DNA from: Eutreptiella sp. 'Long Island Sound 2002'
Taxonomy: Eukaryota > Protista > Euglenida
Length of the DNA stretch: 64,000 nt
Assembly: GCA_964036045.1 (NCBI GenBank)
Contig: OZ038378.1
Span: 199,206,001-199,270,000, forward strand
Direction of reading: 5' to 3'
Below the pieces are notes generated by a model, which saw only the letters and a list, made by a program, of their open reading frames with translations, made no database searches and was not told the DNA's origin. Position 1 is the first letter of the stretch. Every line of letters begins with the position of its first letter. The position numbers were made by a program, and so were the translations under genes. Shown here one piece after another: positions 22,801-28,800 of this stretch.

Positions 22801-25800
22801 CCTCGTGCGCGCGACCCCACAGCCGGCAGAGCTGCAGGCGGTGGCCGCGGCGGCCCTGCCGGCGGTGGTCCACGCCATGGGGCAGCCGCCGCCCAAAGGG
22901 CTGCAGGCCCAGGGCCGGAGCTGTGCGCTGCTGCGGCACTGCGGTATGCCGTGCCCTGCGGATCTGGCCCCGGAGCGGCTGGTCACCGCCGTCCTCGATG
23001 CCATCCGGCAGCACCGGGATCCCCCTGCCCCTGCCCCTGCCCCTGCTCCTGCCCGAGAGCCTCAGACAGCGCAAGTGGTGGAGCTGCAGGAGGACGCCTG
23101 CCATGTCCTCTCCGCCGTCATGGCCAGTGCCACTGCCCTGCCCGCCCCCCTCATGGCCGAGGCCTGGGTGGAGGTGGCCGCCTCCCTGCAGTGCCACATG
23201 GCGTCCCCTGCCATCCGGGGCCCGGCCCTGGCCCTCCTCGCCGCACTGCTCCGCGCACCTTGGACCCCGGCTGCACCGCACGCGACCGCGGCGGCGGACG
23301 CCATCCTGCAGGCCCTGCAGCACGCGGACTGCGACGCCGGGGCGCGGCAGCACTGCTGCGCCATCCTTCACGGCATCGGCGCCGTGCTGCCGCCGGAGCA
23401 GGCCACCCGCGCTGCAGCCGTCCTCGTGACCACCCTGCAGCATCACCGGGAGCACGCCGCCCTGCAGGCGCTCGCGTGCGCCGCTCTGCAGACCTTGGCC
23501 GAGGCCCCCGAGGCGCGGGCTCTGATGCTGCAGGCAGACGCCGTGCACGTGGTGGTGGCGGTGATGCAGCGGCACCTCCAATCCGAGGCGGTACAGCAGC
23601 ACGGCTGCCGGCTGCTCCAGGCGCTGGTGATGGAGGCTGGAGAGGACCTTGCGGGCCCTCTGGAGGTAGTCACGCGGAGCCTCGGGGCGTTCCCCGAGCA
23701 CGCGCAGCTCCAGGAGGACGGCTGCCGGGCGCTGCTGCTGATCGTCAGTGCGCAGCCCTCGTACCGGTCGCTCGTGGCCCAAGGGGGCGGGTTCGACGAG
23801 GTGGTCAGCGCCATGGCCCGCCACGTTGACAGCCCGGCCCTGCAGGAGCATGCCGCCCGCCTCGTCGGGGCGCTGGCACAGGCCTGCGCGCGGGCCGGCC
23901 CGCCGCCGCGCTGGGCGCGCGCGTGCGACGCGCTGCTGGCGGCCATGCGGCGGCACCCCGCAAGCCTCCCCGTCCAGGACGCCGCGTGCGGGGCCGTGCG
24001 GACCCTGATCCGCGAGATGGCGGAGTGGCCGGGCGCCGCGGGGCAGGAGGCGCTGGTCGACGCGCTGGTGGAGACGATGCGGTGCCATAGCGCGCAGGCG
24101 GCCTTGCAGCGGGAGGCGTGCGAGATTCTCTGCCACCTGGCCGCCGCCCCGGTGCTGCAGGAGCCACGGCTGGGGCATGTGGTTGGGGCGCTGGTGGCGA
24201 TGCTGGAGGCGCACCAGGCGAACGAGGCGGTGCAGGAGGCGGGCTGCCGCTGCCTGGGCCGCGTCGCCGCGCACGGGCCCGCGTCGCGGGCGCGGCTCGC
24301 CGACGACTGGGCCATGGTGCGGCTGCTGGAGGCGCTGTGGCTGCACCCGGACAGCGCGGCGCTGCAGGGCGAGGCCTGCGGCGTGCTGCGCCACCTCGCG
24401 GCCGACCCAGCGCTGCGCCCGCGGCTGTGCGACATGGGCGCGCCGGGGCGGGTCGTGGCCGCGATGCTGCGGTTCCCGCGGTCCGCGGCCCTGCAGCGCG
24501 ATGGGTGCGCGGCGCTGTGGGGCCTGAGCAGCCTCTGCAACGCCGCCGGCCTCCCGGCGGTGCTGGCCGCCCTGCAGCACCACCCGCAGGACCGCGCGGT
24601 GCTGCTGCCGGGCGTCGGCGCGCTCGCGGCGTGGGCGGGCCGCGCCGACACGCGCCCCGGCGCGGCGCGGCCCGACACCGTGGCCGCGGTCCTGCAGGCG
24701 ATGCAGCAGGAGCCGGGGCACGCCGCGCTGCAGGAGGCCTGCTGCGCCTTCGCGGCGGCGCTGGCGGCCGACCCTTCGGCGCGCCTGCACGTGACCTCGG
24801 CGCCCCTGCCCGACGCCCCGCCGGAACTCGCCCTCCCCCCGGTCCCGGCGACCGCCGCCGTCCCCGGGGTCGCGTGGCGGGTGCTGGGGGCCCTGCAGCG
24901 GCACCCGTGGCACGCGGGGGTGCAGGCCGCCGCGCCCCACGCCCTCACGCAGCTGCTGCAGACCCGCGAGGCCTGGCGCTGGCTGCAGGACGAGGGGGGC
25001 CTCGCGGGGCTGGTGGCCGGCGCCATGCGGCAGCACCCGGACAGCGCCGCGGTGCAGGGGCCGTGCTGCCGCGCCCTGTGCGCCCTCCTCGACGGCGCGT
25101 GCCCGCCCTCCGAGTACCCGGGCCTCGCGCCGCTCCTGTGGCACGCCCTCGCGCGGCACGAGGGGCTGCTGGACGTCCAGGCCCCCGCGGCGGCCGCGCT
25201 GTGGGCGCTGCTGCCGCGGGCGGGCCACCCGCCGTGCCCCCCGCACGCCGTCGCGGCGGCGATCGCCGCGATGCGGGCTCACCCCCTGCACGCGGGCCTG
25301 CAGGCCGACGGCACGGGGCTGCTGGTGTGCGCCGTGCGGAGCCCCGCCGCCTTCCCCCCGGCGCTGCGGGCCGCCGCCCTGGAGGCGGTGTTCGCCGCGA
25401 TGGGCAGCCCCGAGGCCGCGGCGGCCACGCAGGAGCACGGGCTGCGGCTGCTGGCGGACACGTCGCTGCGCCCGGAGCGCGGGGAGTTCGGCCCCCGGGC
25501 GGTGGCGGCGGTGGTGCGGGCGATGGCGCAGCACCTGCCCGCCACGGCGCTCGTGGAGGCCGGGTGCCGGTTCCTGTGCCACGCCGCCGCCAGCCCCGCG
25601 CTGCGGGCGGAGCTGGCCACGTCCGGGGCACTGGGGTTGCTCTGCAACGCCATGCGCACGCACAGGCAGCACCCCGTCGTCCAGCTGCACAGCTGCGAGA
25701 CCCTGCGGGCCCTGGCCGCCGATGACGCGGTGCGCGCGGCGGTGCTGCGCGCGGGCGGCGGCCTCCTGGCGGTGGAGGTGCTGCGGCAGCACGCCCAGAG

Positions 25801-28800
25801 CGGTGACGTGTGGGAGGTCGCAATGGCCACCCTCCGGGCCCTCGTGCCGGGCACGGCGGTGGCCGGCTTCGCGGCAGTGATGGCGGCCATGCAGGAGCAT
25901 CTCGCAGCGTTGGGGCAGTTGTCCTCGCGCGCCCCGATGGCGCGGGCCTCCCTGTGCGCCGCCGTGCTGCTGACCCTGGAGCTCCACCCGGGGGCCAAAC
26001 TGCGGCGCTTCTCGGAAGAGCTCATCCTGCACTACGGCATTGAGAAGCCCCGGGGGCCGGTGCTGGGGCTGGGCCCGGTGCTGCAGCTGATGCTGCAGAG
26101 CCCCGCCGATGCCGGTGTCCAGAGGGACGGCTGCCGGTTCATGCGGTGCGTGTTGGCCGCCGCGGCCGCGCCCGCTCCGGCCTTTGCCGACGCGGGGGCC
26201 ATCCCGGCCGTCCTGCGGGCGCTGCAGAGGCACCGGGACAACCGGGACGTCGCGGACGGGGCCTGTGGGCTGCTGCAGGCGGCCGCGGACCTGCCGGCGC
26301 TTCGGTGGTCCGCGGTCAACGGCGGGGCAGTGGAGCAGGTGCTGAGGGCCATGGTGGCGCACCAGCAGGACCCGGGCCTCCAGGAGCGGGCGTGTGGGGC
26401 GCTGCAGGCACTCGCCGGGGGGGCTCAGCTTGCGGAGCTTGCGACGGCCGAGTGCCTGGCGGCGTTGCTGGGCGCCCTGCAGGCCCACCGGGCCCACACA
26501 GGCCTCCAGAGGGCGGTCTCCGAGCTGGGGCTCAGTCCAGTGGCGCAGCTGATGCTGCGCAGCGGCACGGGTCTCGCCGTCCACATGGACGGCTGCCGGT
26601 TCATGCAGTGTGCCCTGTCCGCTTTGGCCGCCCCGTCCCAGGCCTTTGCGGAGGCGGGGGCCATCAAGGCCATCGTGCAGGCGCTGCAGGCGCACGCCGC
26701 CGATGGGGCCCTGGCGCGACGCGCGTGCGAGCTGCTGCGGGCCGCCGCAGAGCTGCCGCAACTGCAGTGGGCTATGGTGACCGCTGGGGCAGTGTGGACG
26801 ATTCTCAAGGCCATGGTGACGCATCGTGAGGAGGTGGGCATTCAGGAGACAGCCTGCGGGCTGCTGCAGCTGCTGGCAGGGGAGGAGACCGCACTCGGGG
26901 AGCTGGCCCACACCGAATACGTGGACGCCCTGCTGGGCGCTCTGCGGGCACACCCCGACAGTCGCAGTATCAGGGGTACCGTTTGCGCGCTGATGTCACG
27001 GATCGTGGAGCACATACAGCGAGAAGACGCGGGGGAGGCCTGGGGGCTGGTGGTGGCGGCGATGCAGGAGCATACCGACCAATCGGAAGTCCAGGCCATG
27101 GGCTGCAAGACTATGGGCACCATTGCACACTGCCTCGCCGCGGACTGGGATTGGAGTATAGGCACCGAGGCTTTGCTGATGGCCATGAAGAGGTACCCTG
27201 ACGATGCGGCGCTGCAAGGCGTGGGCTGTTGGGCGATCAGCAAGCTGACGGAGATCGCCCCGTGTCGGCCTTGCCTGGTCAGCGCCGGTGCGAGGGCGCT
27301 GATGGTAGGGGTACGGCAGCGGCATGTGGGCCACCTGCGGGTGCAGGAGCACTGCAGTATCGCCCTGGCCAAGCTGCCGGAGAGATCGCCCGATAAGGGC
27401 GTTGGAGGAAAGGGGAGGGGGGCGCGGAGGAGCAGCCCCTGGCAGGGCAACCGGGAGAACGCGCAGCCGGACGGGCAGCACATGCACCTCCCCATGCCTC
27501 CGGCGCAGCAGTGCCGGGGGCAGGACCATCAGGAGGACGAGGAAGAGGACAGCGACAATGACGATGATGACGAGGAGGAGGAGGAGGAGCAGGAGGAGGA
27601 GGAGGAGGAGGACGTGGGGGGGGACTGGGGTGAGGAGCAACGGAGGGGGGCGGACTGGGAACGTCATGCTGCCGACCAGAAGAACAGGAGGTCAAAGAAG
27701 GACGAGAACGAGAGGCAGACGAGGGGGCGAAAGCAGAGGAGAAAGCGGGGCAAGAAAGGCCGAAGGCAGAGCCCCAGGGCGGTGTCCTCGGCCTCGCCCG
27801 TGGGCCAGAGGATAGGAGACCCGCGCAACTCCTCCGCCATCAGTCCCAGGCCGCCGGGAGAATCGCCCAGGACAAGGCAGCGGGCGAACAGCCCCGACGG
27901 GGCATGGCTCACTCAGCGGGCGTCACTGGAAGCGAGCTTGCAACTGAGGCGCGATGCGTCGATGCAGAGGTCGGGGATGGGCAAAGGCGGGCAGTGGCGT
28001 GAGGGCGCGGACGCGCTGCAGGGCGCGTCCACCCAGATCGACGCGCTGGAGCGGCGCCGTAGACGCATGCAGTACAACCCCAGTGTCGGTGTGCCGGTGC
28101 GCCCCAGTGCCCGGGCCCGTCCTGCGAGCGCGGACCCGCTGCTGGAGAAGAGGCAGATGCGACAGCGGATGCTGCAGTACACCCCGACGCGTGGCTCCTC
28201 GCCGCGCCGCACCAGACCCCCTGCAACCCCCGACCCGACGGCCCGGCGCCCGCGACCCCCGCCCAAGAGCCCGGAACCCCCGGGGGATCCCGGGCCCCAC
28301 CGCACGCCGCGCAAACCACCGTCGCCCGGTCCAACGGCCCACCCGCCCCCAGTCCCGGTCCCGACGGAGCCGGACCCGTTGTCGGGGATGATGGCAGCAG
28401 CCGCACAATGTGACGCCTTAGGCCCGGAGGACCCCGCAGATGGGGACCTCCTGGAGTACATTGTGAAGACCATGAGGTCGCACGCGCTCCGTGAGGGCGT
28501 CCAGGAGTACGGCTGCCGAGCCCTGCACGCGCTCGCGCGGCATCCCCAGGGCCGGGCTGGGACGGTGGGGGTGGTGGAGGCAGTGGTGCAGGCCATGAAG
28601 CTGTTCGACGCGCACGAGACCATCCAGCGCCTCGGTGTCGAGCTGCTGCAGCAGCTTCTCCCCGCCCTGGCGCCGCGGATGCCCCTCGGCACGCTCCGGG
28701 GGGTTTCTCTGGTGGTGGTACTGGCCATGCGGACGCACGGATACCAGCCCCTCCTGCAGCAGAGCGCGTGCGGCCTACTGGCGGTCCTGGCGGCGCGGGA

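Larger units (their letters stand above)
11430..27370 (+). other. Armadillo-like repeat solenoid, block 1 (~5,300 aa with Pro-rich hinges)
   Basis: Recurrent ~40-45-aa unit ending H-x4-5-(V/L)Q-x2-(G/A)C-x2-L-x2-L. Pro-rich hinges lie near 14370-14500, 15790-15930, 23020-23070 and 24800-24860. Confidence 0.85.

Noticed and set aside
16832-26953. Very long antisense and alternate-frame ORFs (e.g. 22730-26953, 1407 aa; 18778-21234; 16832-19276)
   Set aside because: They are shadows of the GC-rich sense exon, which rarely uses TTA/CTA/TCA. The translations are low-complexity R/G/P/A text with no domains.
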